Source: Candidatus Bathyarchaeia archaeon (GTDB taxonomy: Archaea > Thermoproteota > Bathyarchaeia > Bathyarchaeales > Bathycorpusculaceae). From it: a stretch of 64,000 nt of DNA. Positions 19,824-28,622 of the stretch are shown in pieces. Location of the stretch: NCBI GenBank assembly GCA_038883775.1, contig JAVZLM010000002.1, forward strand, positions 133,587 through 197,586, in the 5' to 3' direction. The number at the start of each line of letters is the position of its first letter. The stretch's first letter is position 1. Both the position numbers and the translations under genes were made by a program. The notes beneath the pieces were generated by a model that saw only the letters and a program-made list of their open reading frames with translations, had not been told where the DNA came from and did no database searches.

Positions 19824-21176
19824 TTAATGCTTTTCGATTATTTTGCCATACTCCCTCAAAAATTTTAGGGCTTTAACAGCCTTTTCAGGCAAATTATACA
19901 ATGGAATATTTGAGTTGCCCAAAACCTTAAAAACTAAAGCAAAATCTTCACCGCCAGCCGGAACATCCACAACTGGTTTATTTGGATGTTTCCTTGCTAC
20001 TTTAGGGATTATTTTGGCGTCTGTTGGTTCAAAAAAGCATGACTTAAGCATATTTATTATTAAGACGCCGTCAACATTCTTGTCTGAGAGTACAAGCTCC
20101 AAAACTTTCTCGTATCTGTCGGCTCTCGCATCAGCTATCATGTCTATGGGGTTTGTCGCATCCACCCCCGGATAAGAACTTTCAATTTTCTTTTTCGTCT
20201 CTTCCGATAAAGCTGCAAGTTTAAGGTTGTTTTTTGCAATGGCATCACCAGCCAAAATTGCTGGTCCGCCAACATTACTCACTATAGCCACATTGTCCCC
20301 ACGCATTGGAGGCTGCTTAGAAAGGGCAATGGCTGCATCCATCAACTCTTCTACGTTTTCAACACGGATAATGCCCGCCTTTTTGAGAGCAGCATCAAAA
20401 ATCTCGTCTTTTCCAGCCATCGAAGCCGTGTGCGACTTGGCTCTATGCGCTGATTCCTCTGTTATTCCACCTTTTAAGGCTAGGATTGGCTTTTCTTTAA
20501 CTATTTTTCTCGCCGTTTCTATGAAGGCTTTTCCATTCTTTACACCTTCCATGTATAGGCATATTACTTTTGTTCGTTTGTCGTTGCCAAAATATTGCAG
20601 TAAATCGACATCATCCACATCTATTTTGTCTCCCATAAAAGCGAATTTGCTTATCCCAATATTGTAGAAGCAAGCCCAATCGAGAAGGCAGGCACCAACT
20701 CCGCCGCTTTGAGATATTACAGCAATAGTTCCCTTTTTAGGCATGGTGTTTCTTTCAAAAGTTGTGTTTAACCCATTGGCAGTGTTTATGACGCCCATAA
20801 TAGTGTTTGGTCCCAAAATTCTAATACCATATCTTTCCTTAATTTTGACAAGCGCTTCACGCTGAGAGTCTTTGTATCCACCAGTGATGATGACAAGGGC
20901 TTTTACGCCGATTTCTGCACATTTTTCCGCCATGAAAATTGATTGTTTCGGAGGAAGCATAATTACAGCAAGTTCAGGAACCTCTATCAATCCATTCAAA
21001 TTTTCGTGTTTCATATCCACATCAAAAATATAGGTTTTTCCACGAAAGAACTTCTTCATGTTATAAATGACACTCTTAAAAAGTTGCGGGGAAGTCATGC
21101 CAATTTTTTCCTTGATAACACTTGAACCTATTAGCACGACGTTTTTTGGTTCAAAGATAGCCTTTACTTCATCCAA
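19824..21176 (-). CDS. acdA: Acyl-CoA synthetase (ADP-forming) alpha subunit
   Basis: IFEPKNVVLIG, RILGPN, ISQSGG, SHTASMAG (catalytic His), NVGGPAIL, NPIDM. Confidence 0.88.
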   Translation of the reverse strand: MDEVKAIFEPKNVVLIGSSVIKEKIGMTSPQLFKSVIYNMKKFFRGKTYIFDVDMKHENLNGLIEVPELAVIMLPPKQSIFMAEKCAEIGVKALVIITGGYKDSQREALVKIKERYGIRILGPNTIMGVINTANGLNTTFERNTMPKKGTIAVISQSGGVGACLLDWACFYNIGISKFAFMGDKIDVDDVDLLQYFGNDKRTKVICLYMEGVKNGKAFIETARKIVKEKPILALKGGITEESAHRAKSHTASMAGKDEIFDAALKKAGIIRVENVEELMDAAIALSKQPPMRGDNVAIVSNVGGPAILAGDAIAKNNLKLAALSEETKKKIESSYPGVDATNPIDMIADARADRYEKVLELVLSDKNVDGVLIINMLKSCFFEPTDAKIIPKVARKHPNKPVVDVPAGGEDFALVFKVLGNSNIPLYNLPEKAVKALKFLREYGKIIEKH

Positions 21177-21253
21177 CAGTTTAACCTTCTAACTAAATTT
21201 TAACGAGTGGAAGAAAGAAAATACGCTGTTCATCTTCATAAATTTAACCATAG

Positions 21254-22027
21254 TCACTTTTGAATTACTTTCATGTAAGTGAATGTTGCAAGGGAAGCAA
21301 AAATTAATGCAAAAAAGGCTATGTCAATTAGCATGAGAGGCGTGAAAGGCGGGCTTCCTAAAAGAAACGCTCTTGAAAGGTCTGCGCCACAGCTTAAAGG
21401 ATTGTATTGGGCTATTAGTAGTAGCTGAGGTAGTGCAGTTTCTATGAGAGCCCTCGGGTAAAATACTGTGCTGCAGAAGAAAAGCACATAATAAACGACG
21501 CCTCTGGCTGTTATGTACTTCTCAAAACTTTTTGTTGATAAGGCAAGGGTTATACTGAGACCGGAAGTTCCAATAGAGATTAAGAATAAAGCAACAATGA
21601 GCGTTAAAAACTGTAGTGGATAAAGAAAAGTGCCAGCGTAAATGTAGGTTATTATCAAGGTTGTAGCTAAAAGGGGAGCCATATAAATGATTCCTCTAAA
21701 ACCCCCAGCTAAAACCCTTCCAATAGCTAGTTCCCACCTCTTTATTGGCAAACTTAACATGTAATGGGAAAGCTCCCGTCTAACTTCCATATTAATTTCT
21801 CTTCCAATCATAAAAGCGGCTGCGAAAAGCGCTGTTATGGTTAAGCCAGGCGCAAAAAAGACAAAGTAATTTTTTATTATTTCTTCGTTGACCATTCTTG
21901 TGTAAACTATTGCCATTATAAAAAGGTCTGCAAGGTTCATGCTAATCATTCCTACAATCCACCACTTGTATCGGAAAAAATAGTTGAAATCTCTCTGAAC
22001 AACGTATAAAATTGGTTTTATTGCCAA
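21254..22027 (-). CDS. ABC-2 type exporter permease
   Basis: Six hydrophobic segments, FFAPG, STVFYP, YNPLS. Confidence 0.85.
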   Translation of the reverse strand: MAIKPILYVVQRDFNYFFRYKWWIVGMISMNLADLFIMAIVYTRMVNEEIIKNYFVFFAPGLTITALFAAAFMIGREINMEVRRELSHYMLSLPIKRWELAIGRVLAGGFRGIIYMAPLLATTLIITYIYAGTFLYPLQFLTLIVALFLISIGTSGLSITLALSTKSFEKYITARGVVYYVLFFCSTVFYPRALIETALPQLLLIAQYNPLSCGADLSRAFLLGSPPFTPLMLIDIAFFALIFASLATFTYMKVIQK

Positions 22028-22803
22028 CCTCCGCCCTCCAATCTTCGTTCATGCAAAATTATGCCTAGAAAAGTGAATATGGAAAAGAAAGCGACTATGC
22101 CGAGAGTTGCTGTCAACGGTGGAGTAAGGAATGCGGATTCTATTCCAGCACCCCATCTGAATAGATCAGCAGCAAAGGTTAGAGGATTAATTGATGCAAT
22201 GCCCGCATAATATTGTGGCATATAGGCTACAGGATAAAGTGTTGTACTCAGCCTAACTATTAAGGCGTCAGTAACACCCATTAATATATCAAATCTATCT
22301 GAGGATTTTATGCTAACAGCTAAGGTTATACTGAAACCAGCTGCACCAAAGGTAAAGAGAAATAGGGATAACAAAGCAACAAAAAGCTGTAGAATATTTG
22401 AAACTCCAACAAGATATAAGGCGAAAAGCATCATTGGACCAACGTATAAGAAACTTCTTAAGCCTCCTCCAATAGACCTTCCAAGAACTAGTTCCTTGCG
22501 AGAAACAGGAACGCTTAAGAGATATTCTATGACGCCATGGTCAGCCTCTTCATAAATGTCATATCCTATAAACACTGTTGTTGAATACAACATTGTTATT
22601 ATTATTCCAGTCACATAATAGCTGAAATAGTCACCACCAACAGCGTTTTGAACATCTGGGCGAAACATTCTTTTAACAATTAGACCGAAAAGAGCTATTT
22701 GGGAAATAAACCAGATAGTGCGCATTATTAGAAGAAACTTATAACGTAGAAACATTCGAATGTCTCTTTCCGCTACCGTCCAAACCTTGCTTAAGTTTAT
22801 CAT
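22018..22803 (-). CDS. ABC-2 type exporter permease
   Basis: EYLLSVPVSR, STTLYP, INPLTFAAD; overlaps both neighbours. Confidence 0.85.
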   Translation of the reverse strand: MINLSKVWTVAERDIRMFLRYKFLLIMRTIWFISQIALFGLIVKRMFRPDVQNAVGGDYFSYYVTGIIITMLYSTTVFIGYDIYEEADHGVIEYLLSVPVSRKELVLGRSIGGGLRSFLYVGPMMLFALYLVGVSNILQLFVALLSLFLFTFGAAGFSITLAVSIKSSDRFDILMGVTDALIVRLSTTLYPVAYMPQYYAGIASINPLTFAADLFRWGAGIESAFLTPPLTATLGIVAFFSIFTFLGIILHERRLEGGGWQ

Positions 22804-23756
22804 TTTCTTTGAGCCTCCTCGATGGTCAAGCCTGTATAATGTGCAAAGACGTCATCGAGCGATGGTTCACTCATATGTATGGATTTAACGGGTAATTGCG
22901 CTTTAATGAAGAATTCTGTTATTTTTGGAAGAACCTCTTCCGCCTGATTTAAGTAGATTTTTAACTGATTCTGCTTTATGACTAATACGTCTACCACCCG
23001 CGGAATTTCCTTCAACTCTGCAAGCACAGCATTAGGAACATCCTTTTCTAAAGCTATTTCCACAACATCTCCGCCAGGGATGCTATCTTTCAATTTTTTG
23101 GGTTCATCGCAGACGAGAAGCTGACCTTTATGCATGATGGCAACTCTGTCCGAAAGTACATCAGCTTCATAAAGCTCATTTGTTGCAAGCAATATAGTTG
23201 AACCCTCATCTCTTAGGTCGCGGAGCATATTCCAAATCCTATGTTTTCCAACAATATCAATCTGCGCTGTCGGTTCGTCAACTATGGCTATTTTTGGTCT
23301 TTGAATGAGGATTTTGGCGATTTCAACCCTTTTGCGCATTCCACCAGAAAACGCGTGAACGCTCTTAAATCGGTCATTCCACAACTCAACCTGCTCTAAA
23401 ACCCAACGAACCCTCTTTTTACGCTCATCTGCCGATAAACCACAAACTTTAGCATGCCAATTAAGAATATCCCAAGCTGAATCAACCCACAATAGTTTAG
23501 GCTCTTGAAACGCCATGCCAATCAGCGTTCTAGCCTTGTCAGGTTCCTTGCTGACATCATATGGGCCTACAAAAGCCGTTCCTTCAGTTGGTCTTATAAC
23601 GGTTGTTAACATAAGCAGAGTTGTCGTCTTTCCAGCTCCGTTTGGACCAAGAATCCCAAGGATTTCGCCCTCTTCAACCTCGAGGTTCAGATGGTCAACT
23701 GCCGTGAACTCTCCGAACTTCTTTGTTAAGTTAACCATCCGAACTATTGATGCCAT
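22800..23756 (-). CDS. ABC exporter ATP-binding protein (DrrA-like)
   Basis: GPNGAGKTT, FSGGMRKR, VDEPT, EPSLDDVF; likely start MASIV at 23756. Confidence 0.92.
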   Translation of the reverse strand: MASIVRMVNLTKKFGEFTAVDHLNLEVEEGEILGILGPNGAGKTTTLLMLTTVIRPTEGTAFVGPYDVSKEPDKARTLIGMAFQEPKLLWVDSAWDILNWHAKVCGLSADERKKRVRWVLEQVELWNDRFKSVHAFSGGMRKRVEIAKILIQRPKIAIVDEPTAQIDIVGKHRIWNMLRDLRDEGSTILLATNELYEADVLSDRVAIMHKGQLLVCDEPKKLKDSIPGGDVVEIALEKDVPNAVLAELKEIPRVVDVLVIKQNQLKIYLNQAEEVLPKITEFFIKAQLPVKSIHMSEPSLDDVFAHYTGLTIEEAQRK

Positions 23757-23827
23757 TTTTAACCCAGACGCTGAAGCAAATAGAATGGACAAGCAAATAG
23801 ATAAAATTAACTCTTAATTTTGTATCT

Positions 23828-25123
23828 TCACCTCACAAGTAAATTAGACGCTGTGTTCTCAACTTTTTTCATTATACTTGCCTCACCCAATGTTTTAACA
23901 TGCCCTTTTTCCATTATTATTTTTCCATCAACAATAACAGTGTCCACATCACTTCCACGGGCAGAATAAACAAGACTTGCAAAAACATCATGTGATGGCT
24001 TTAAATGCGGCTTTGAAAAGTCAATTAGGATTATATCCGCTCTTTTTCCAATTTCAAGCGAACCAATTTTATCTGCTAAACCTAAGGCTTCGGCTCCATT
24101 TATTGTTGCCATCCTCAAAACTTCATAGGCAGATAAAACTGTTGGATTCGCATATGTAAGTTTTTGAAGCAATGCTGCAAATTTCATGGTTTCAAACATG
24201 TCAAGAGTATTATTGCTTGCTGGACCGTCCGTTCCCAAACACACATTAATGCCTAAACTCATCAAATCTTTTATTTTAGCCGCTCCCAAGCCAAGTTTCA
24301 TGTTAGCCACTGGAACATAAGCAACGTGAACAACATGCTCGGAAAGGACACGCATATCCTTTTCTGAGAGGTTTATACAGTGGGCAGCTAAAACGTGATT
24401 CTTAAAAAAGCCTATTTCATCCAAAAATTCCACTTCGCTAACACCGTGTAACATCTCTTTTGACTCAGCCAAATGCACATGTATGCCAACTCCAAGCTCA
24501 GAAGCTTTTTGGCTCACTTCTCTAAGCAATTCTTTGCTGCAACTGTAAGCTGCATGCGGTCCAAGTAAGGCTGTTATTTTGCCATTAGCATACCCATGAA
24601 ATTTTTTAGCGAAATCAATGCTTTCGTTGAACATTTTTCGTCCTAACTCTTTGTTTCCAGCTTCGATTATTCCTTGGGCTAATGCTGCCCTCATTCCGCT
24701 CTGCTCCACAGCCTTTGCAACCATTTCTTCATGAAAATACATGTCAGCAAAACATGTTGTTCCGCTTTTAATCATTTCCAAACAGCCCAAAAGGGCACCA
24801 ACGTAAATGTCTTCAGCCTTGAGCTTAGCTTCCAAAGGCCAAATGGCTTCTCTTAACCAAACATTTAATGGTTTGTCTTCGGCGATTCCCCGAAATAATG
24901 TCATCGGCGCATGTGTGTGAGAGTTAATCAATCCTGGCATGGCGACTTTCCCCTTTGCGTTTATCTGTTTTTCAGCCTTTATGCCAGTTGTAAGGGAAGC
25001 TTTGCCAACAAAAACTATTTCGCCACCTTTTATGGCTATGGCACCATCTTCTATGAAATATTTACCATTCATTGGCAAAACGGTGCATCCGTGAACTAAA
25101 ACATCCACCTTCTCCAAAAGCAC
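23828..25123 (-). CDS. Amidohydrolase, MTA/SAH deaminase family
   Basis: PGLINSHTH, GPHAAY, HVHLAES, AAHC, LGTDGPASNN. Confidence 0.88.
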   Translation of the reverse strand: MLLEKVDVLVHGCTVLPMNGKYFIEDGAIAIKGGEIVFVGKASLTTGIKAEKQINAKGKVAMPGLINSHTHAPMTLFRGIAEDKPLNVWLREAIWPLEAKLKAEDIYVGALLGCLEMIKSGTTCFADMYFHEEMVAKAVEQSGMRAALAQGIIEAGNKELGRKMFNESIDFAKKFHGYANGKITALLGPHAAYSCSKELLREVSQKASELGVGIHVHLAESKEMLHGVSEVEFLDEIGFFKNHVLAAHCINLSEKDMRVLSEHVVHVAYVPVANMKLGLGAAKIKDLMSLGINVCLGTDGPASNNTLDMFETMKFAALLQKLTYANPTVLSAYEVLRMATINGAEALGLADKIGSLEIGKRADIILIDFSKPHLKPSHDVFASLVYSARGSDVDTVIVDGKIIMEKGHVKTLGEASIMKKVENTASNLLVR

Positions 25124-25220
25124 ACCCTTTTCTATTTAGATAGAAAATTAACAATAAAAGAATATGCACAGTTGACCTTTTATGATTGAAAGTTTAAAAG
25201 ATTTTGGAGGTGGTCTGACG

Positions 25221-25634
25221 CTAAAACACTGGTTTTTCTTCGATTCTCTTTATTAATGGACGAAGAGCTGGTTGAGGAACGTTTTCCTCTTCTAAACCGC
25301 CTTTTGGAAGCCCAGAGGTGCCAATTTTTCTGCATATGAAGTTAAGGGAATCCTCTGTGAAGTTCAGTAGACTTTGTCCTTCAGAGGTTAACTTGTAAAC
25401 TTTTCTAGGTCTTTCGCTGTTCATGTTCCATTCGCTTTTTACATATCCCTTCTTTTCTAAGGCATTTAGGAGCGGATATATTGTGCTTGGTCCAAAATAA
25501 ACCCCAAAGGTTTTGCGTACTTTGGTGATTATTTGATAGCCGTGCATTGGCTGCGTGCTTAGAAACTGGAGCACTATTAGGTCTAGGAGGCCTTTCATCA
25601 ATTTGACCTGAACTTCTTTAGAGTTGTTAACCAT
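25221..25634 (-). CDS. PadR family transcriptional regulator
   Basis: KGLLDLIVL, PMHGYQI, GPSTIYPLLNALEKKG, RKVYKLT; ATG at 25634 follows AGGAAGGAAG. Confidence 0.92.
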   Translation of the reverse strand: MVNNSKEVQVKLMKGLLDLIVLQFLSTQPMHGYQIITKVRKTFGVYFGPSTIYPLLNALEKKGYVKSEWNMNSERPRKVYKLTSEGQSLLNFTEDSLNFICRKIGTSGLPKGGLEEENVPQPALRPLIKRIEEKPVF

Positions 25635-25652
25635 TATTCTTCCTTCCTTTTT

Positions 25653-25703
25653 CACGTGTTTTTTTGTTTTACACGTGTACAATATGTCCTTTTTTGGACA
25701 TAT
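25653..25703. promoter_or_regulatory. Two inverted repeats between the divergent padR genes: CACGTGT-N11-ACACGTG (25653-25677) and ATATGTCC-T6-GGACATAT (25682-25703); putative operators
   Basis: Perfect arms read directly from the sequence; the ATGT...ACAT core resembles PadR-family sites. Confidence 0.55.
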
Positions 25704-25863
25704 CTCAAGACTTTATAGAGCCTAAACAGAAATATAAACGTTCATGCTTACCACAAACATAAAAAAGCATACAGAAGCATACAAAAATATTCCATTTTCT
25801 ACATAACTTAAATAAACTCAAACCCGAACAAGTCCAAAACAGAACACTACAGAGCGTGAAAAA

Positions 25864-26190
25864 TTGGCACAAAACTACAAAAAAGAAATTGTTCAACGCA
25901 TAACCAGAAACCTACTAGACATCCAAATACTAAGACTCCTAAACGCTGAACCCATGTGGGGCTACAAAATAAAAAAACAGGTAGAAACAAAATACGAAGT
26001 AAAACTAAGACACGGAGCCCTATACCCACTGCTGAAGACACTAGAACAAAAAGGTTTCCTTAAAAGCCAGCAACAACGCCAAGGTAGAAGAACAAGAAAA
26101 CTATATGCAATAACAGAAAAAGGAAAGGAATACATAGAAACCTATAACAGCATACTAAAAGAACAAATACAAAAACAAGACATAAAATAA
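25864..26190 (+). CDS. PadR family transcriptional regulator
   Basis: LLDIQIL, PMWGYKI, HGALYPLLKTLEQKG, RKLYAITEKG. Confidence 0.9.
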   Translation: MAQNYKKEIVQRITRNLLDIQILRLLNAEPMWGYKIKKQVETKYEVKLRHGALYPLLKTLEQKGFLKSQQQRQGRRTRKLYAITEKGKEYIETYNSILKEQIQKQDIK

Positions 26191-26194
26191 AACG

Positions 26195-27208
26195 ATGCGC
26201 ATGAAAAAGCAAGCTAACAAAAAATTGATGGAACAAGTTCAGATATTTCTAAAAAAACGTGGCCAAAAAGCATTCGAAATTGCCAAAAAAACAATTCTAC
26301 AAGAAAAAAACATGAATACAAATGTTTACAAGGCATTACGTTATTTCATGGAGGAATGTTGGTATGACGTTCAACATCCAGCTCTAATTTCTTTAACCTG
26401 TGAAGCTGTAGGCGGAAATCCTGAAAAAACAAGCGAAATAGGTGCTGCAATTGTGCTCCTCGCGGGAGCGGCAGACATTCATGATGACATCATAGACGAA
26501 TCAAAAACCAAAAACTCCAAACCCACAGTTTTCGGAAAATTCAATAAAGATATAGCACTTCTCGCGGGCGATGCCCTTTTATTTGAAGGTTTAGTTCTTT
26601 TGCATAAAGCATGTAAAAAATTTCCTGAAAAAATAGGAACGACCATTCTGAAATTAACAAAAGAAGCCTTCTTTGATTTAGGGAGAGCTACGGCCAAAGA
26701 AAGAAATTTTAAAGGAAAATATGATTTAGAACCAAAAGAATATTGCAACATTATCAAAATAAAAGCAGCCATCGCAGAAGCATGCGCGAAGATCGGAGCA
26801 GTTATAGGAGGGGGAGAATCGGAAGCGATTGACGCATTAGGTAACTATGGTAGAACTCTTGGAATTTTAATGACTTTGAGGGATGAGTTTATAGATCTAT
26901 TTGAACCCGAGGAAATAAAGAACCGCGCTAAAAATGAAATTTTACCTCTCCCCCTACTGTATGCATTACAGAATGAAACAAAAAAGAATGAAATTCTTTC
27001 TTTAATTAAGAAAAAAAGAATCACAGAGCAAAAAGCACAAGAATTAATTGATTTAGTAACGAAGGCAGATGAAGTTCAAAAATTAAAGAAAGAGATGCAA
27101 ACACTAATAAAAACGGGAGAAAAAGAAATTTTTCGAATTATAAAAAAGACAAAAAACAAAAAACTATTCAATTTACTGCTACAATCCTCAACAGAAGATT
27201 TACCGTAA
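26195..27208 (+). CDS. Polyprenyl-synthase-fold protein with degenerate acceptor site (ComQ-like prenyltransferase candidate)
   Basis: Intact first motif IHDDIID and ALLAGDALL; GKRxRP replaced by DVQHP, RRG by KNS, KT by KA, second DDxxD by RDEFID. Confidence 0.8.
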   Translation: MRMKKQANKKLMEQVQIFLKKRGQKAFEIAKKTILQEKNMNTNVYKALRYFMEECWYDVQHPALISLTCEAVGGNPEKTSEIGAAIVLLAGAADIHDDIIDESKTKNSKPTVFGKFNKDIALLAGDALLFEGLVLLHKACKKFPEKIGTTILKLTKEAFFDLGRATAKERNFKGKYDLEPKEYCNIIKIKAAIAEACAKIGAVIGGGESEAIDALGNYGRTLGILMTLRDEFIDLFEPEEIKNRAKNEILPLPLLYALQNETKKNEILSLIKKKRITEQKAQELIDLVTKADEVQKLKKEMQTLIKTGEKEIFRIIKKTKNKKLFNLLLQSSTEDLP

Positions 27209-27216
27209 AACTAGAA

Positions 27217-27267
27217 CTACCACCAGCCCGTTGGCCTGAATGGTTTAGGTCTTTTTCTCTTTTCCAT
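27217..27267 (-). CDS. Putative 16-aa precursor peptide MEKRKRPKPFRPTGWW
   Basis: Translated by hand: ATG at 27267, TAG at 27217-27219; preceded by purine-rich AAGGGGAAGGAGA and an upstream TTTTAAG TATA-like box; below the ORF-track length cut-off. Confidence 0.6.
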   Translation of the reverse strand: MEKRKRPKPFRPTGWW

Positions 27268-27286
27268 TCTCCTTCCCCTTCTGTAT

Positions 27287-27301
27287 ATATGTTCAACATA
27301 T
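27287..27301. promoter_or_regulatory. Palindrome ATATGTT-C-AACATAT between the peptide ORF TATA box and SD; putative operator
   Basis: Perfect 7-bp arms; shares ATATGT/ACATAT half-sites with the palindrome at 25682-25703. Confidence 0.5.
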
Positions 27302-27398
27302 GAGCTTAAAAGCTTTACTATTTGTACATGAAATCTTGTTTTGAAATACTAAATGCTTATTTACGAATTTAAATGAGAAATTTAAGGTAAGATGATAA

Positions 27399-28607
27399 AT
27401 GCCTAAAATAGAACTTTTAAGAGAAACGGGTCTTGTTTCAAGATCCGCATTTGCAAATATCGTATCAATATCTAACGTTTTTGTATGGTATTCGTTTGCT
27501 TTTAGCATTTTAAAGGGATTTGTATATGAATTAGCTTCAGTGATATGGGGAGTTCATTTTTTAGGAGCTGCTTTTTCAGCCATAGCGGGAGCTGCAATAA
27601 GTGACAAAATTTCTAGAAAAACACATTTTCTCTTAGTTTGGATGATGTTTGGAATTATTTCATCGTTAATTCTAATATTTGTTGACCCTGAAAATAAATT
27701 GAATGTTGTGGCGATGGCAATCCTTTTAGGAATATCATTTGGCATAGGAATCCCTACAAGTATGGGACAGCTTGCTTACTGCGCAGCCGTTGAAGATCGA
27801 GCGAAGATTGGCGGTTTAACAATCTTTGTTTATGGATTAGGAGCATTCTTCCTTGGAATAATAGCAGTTGATGACATTACCTTACAAGCCCTAACCCTTG
27901 CAATTTGGAGAGCAATCGGTTTAATAATTTTTCTTCTAGTTAACCATTCTCAAAATGTGGAGAAACGAAAAAGTGTTTCCTTTAGGTTCATATTTAATCA
28001 GCGGTCCTTTTGTTTCTACTTCATACCATGGACGATGTTTTCATTAGTTAATTATTTAGGAGGAGTGATAGCGTTTCAAATTCTAAATGAGAGTACAGTT
28101 AATTTATTTATTATTATTGAAAATGTTCTGATCGGAACCTTTGCAATTGTTGCCGGTTTTCTTGCAGATACCTTTGGTCGCAAGCGTATAACTATTATCG
28201 GATTTGTCATGTTAGGCCTTGGTTATGCCGTCTTGGGAATTTACCCTGAGAATTTGGTCGGTTGGTATTTTTACACGATAGTTGATGGTGTTGCTTGGGG
28301 CATTTTTTGGGTAATATTTATTATCACAATATGGGGTGACCTCAGTTATGGCATGTCTGAGGATAAGTACTACGCGATTGGAGGATTGCCTTTCTATATG
28401 TCAAATTTTCTACGAATTCTAATAGGTCCTTATATTGCAAAAGTTATCTCTGTGTACGCAATGTTTTCTTTTGCCGCTTTTTTCTTATTTTTAGCCGTTA
28501 TTCCACTTATGTTCGCGCCCGAGACTTTGCCTGAGAAGAAGCTTAGGGAGAGGGAGCTTAGGCAGTATGTTGAGAAGGCCAGGAAGATTAAGGAAAAGTT
28601 TACTTAG
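27399..28607 (+). CDS. MFS transporter
   Basis: About 12 TM segments; motif A copies GAAISDKISRK and GFLADTFGRKR; C-terminal PETL. Confidence 0.9.
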   Translation: MPKIELLRETGLVSRSAFANIVSISNVFVWYSFAFSILKGFVYELASVIWGVHFLGAAFSAIAGAAISDKISRKTHFLLVWMMFGIISSLILIFVDPENKLNVVAMAILLGISFGIGIPTSMGQLAYCAAVEDRAKIGGLTIFVYGLGAFFLGIIAVDDITLQALTLAIWRAIGLIIFLLVNHSQNVEKRKSVSFRFIFNQRSFCFYFIPWTMFSLVNYLGGVIAFQILNESTVNLFIIIENVLIGTFAIVAGFLADTFGRKRITIIGFVMLGLGYAVLGIYPENLVGWYFYTIVDGVAWGIFWVIFIITIWGDLSYGMSEDKYYAIGGLPFYMSNFLRILIGPYIAKVISVYAMFSFAAFFLFLAVIPLMFAPETLPEKKLRERELRQYVEKARKIKEKFT

Positions 28608-28622
28608 CGCTAAAATCTGTTT

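Noticed and set aside
25705-26041. Minus-strand ORFs rich in Phe, Cys, Val and Leu
   Set aside because: Shadow frames produced by the A-rich plus strand; one overlaps the padR gene and neither has recognisable motifs
26195-27208. Housekeeping GGPP synthase
   Set aside because: IPP-binding motifs and the second DDxxD are degenerate; no idi or mevalonate-pathway context
27293-27508. 71-aa minus-strand ORF as an alternative precursor peptide
   Set aside because: Overlaps the MFS start and promoter region, has no evident SD and no Trp; the 16-aa ORF has better signals
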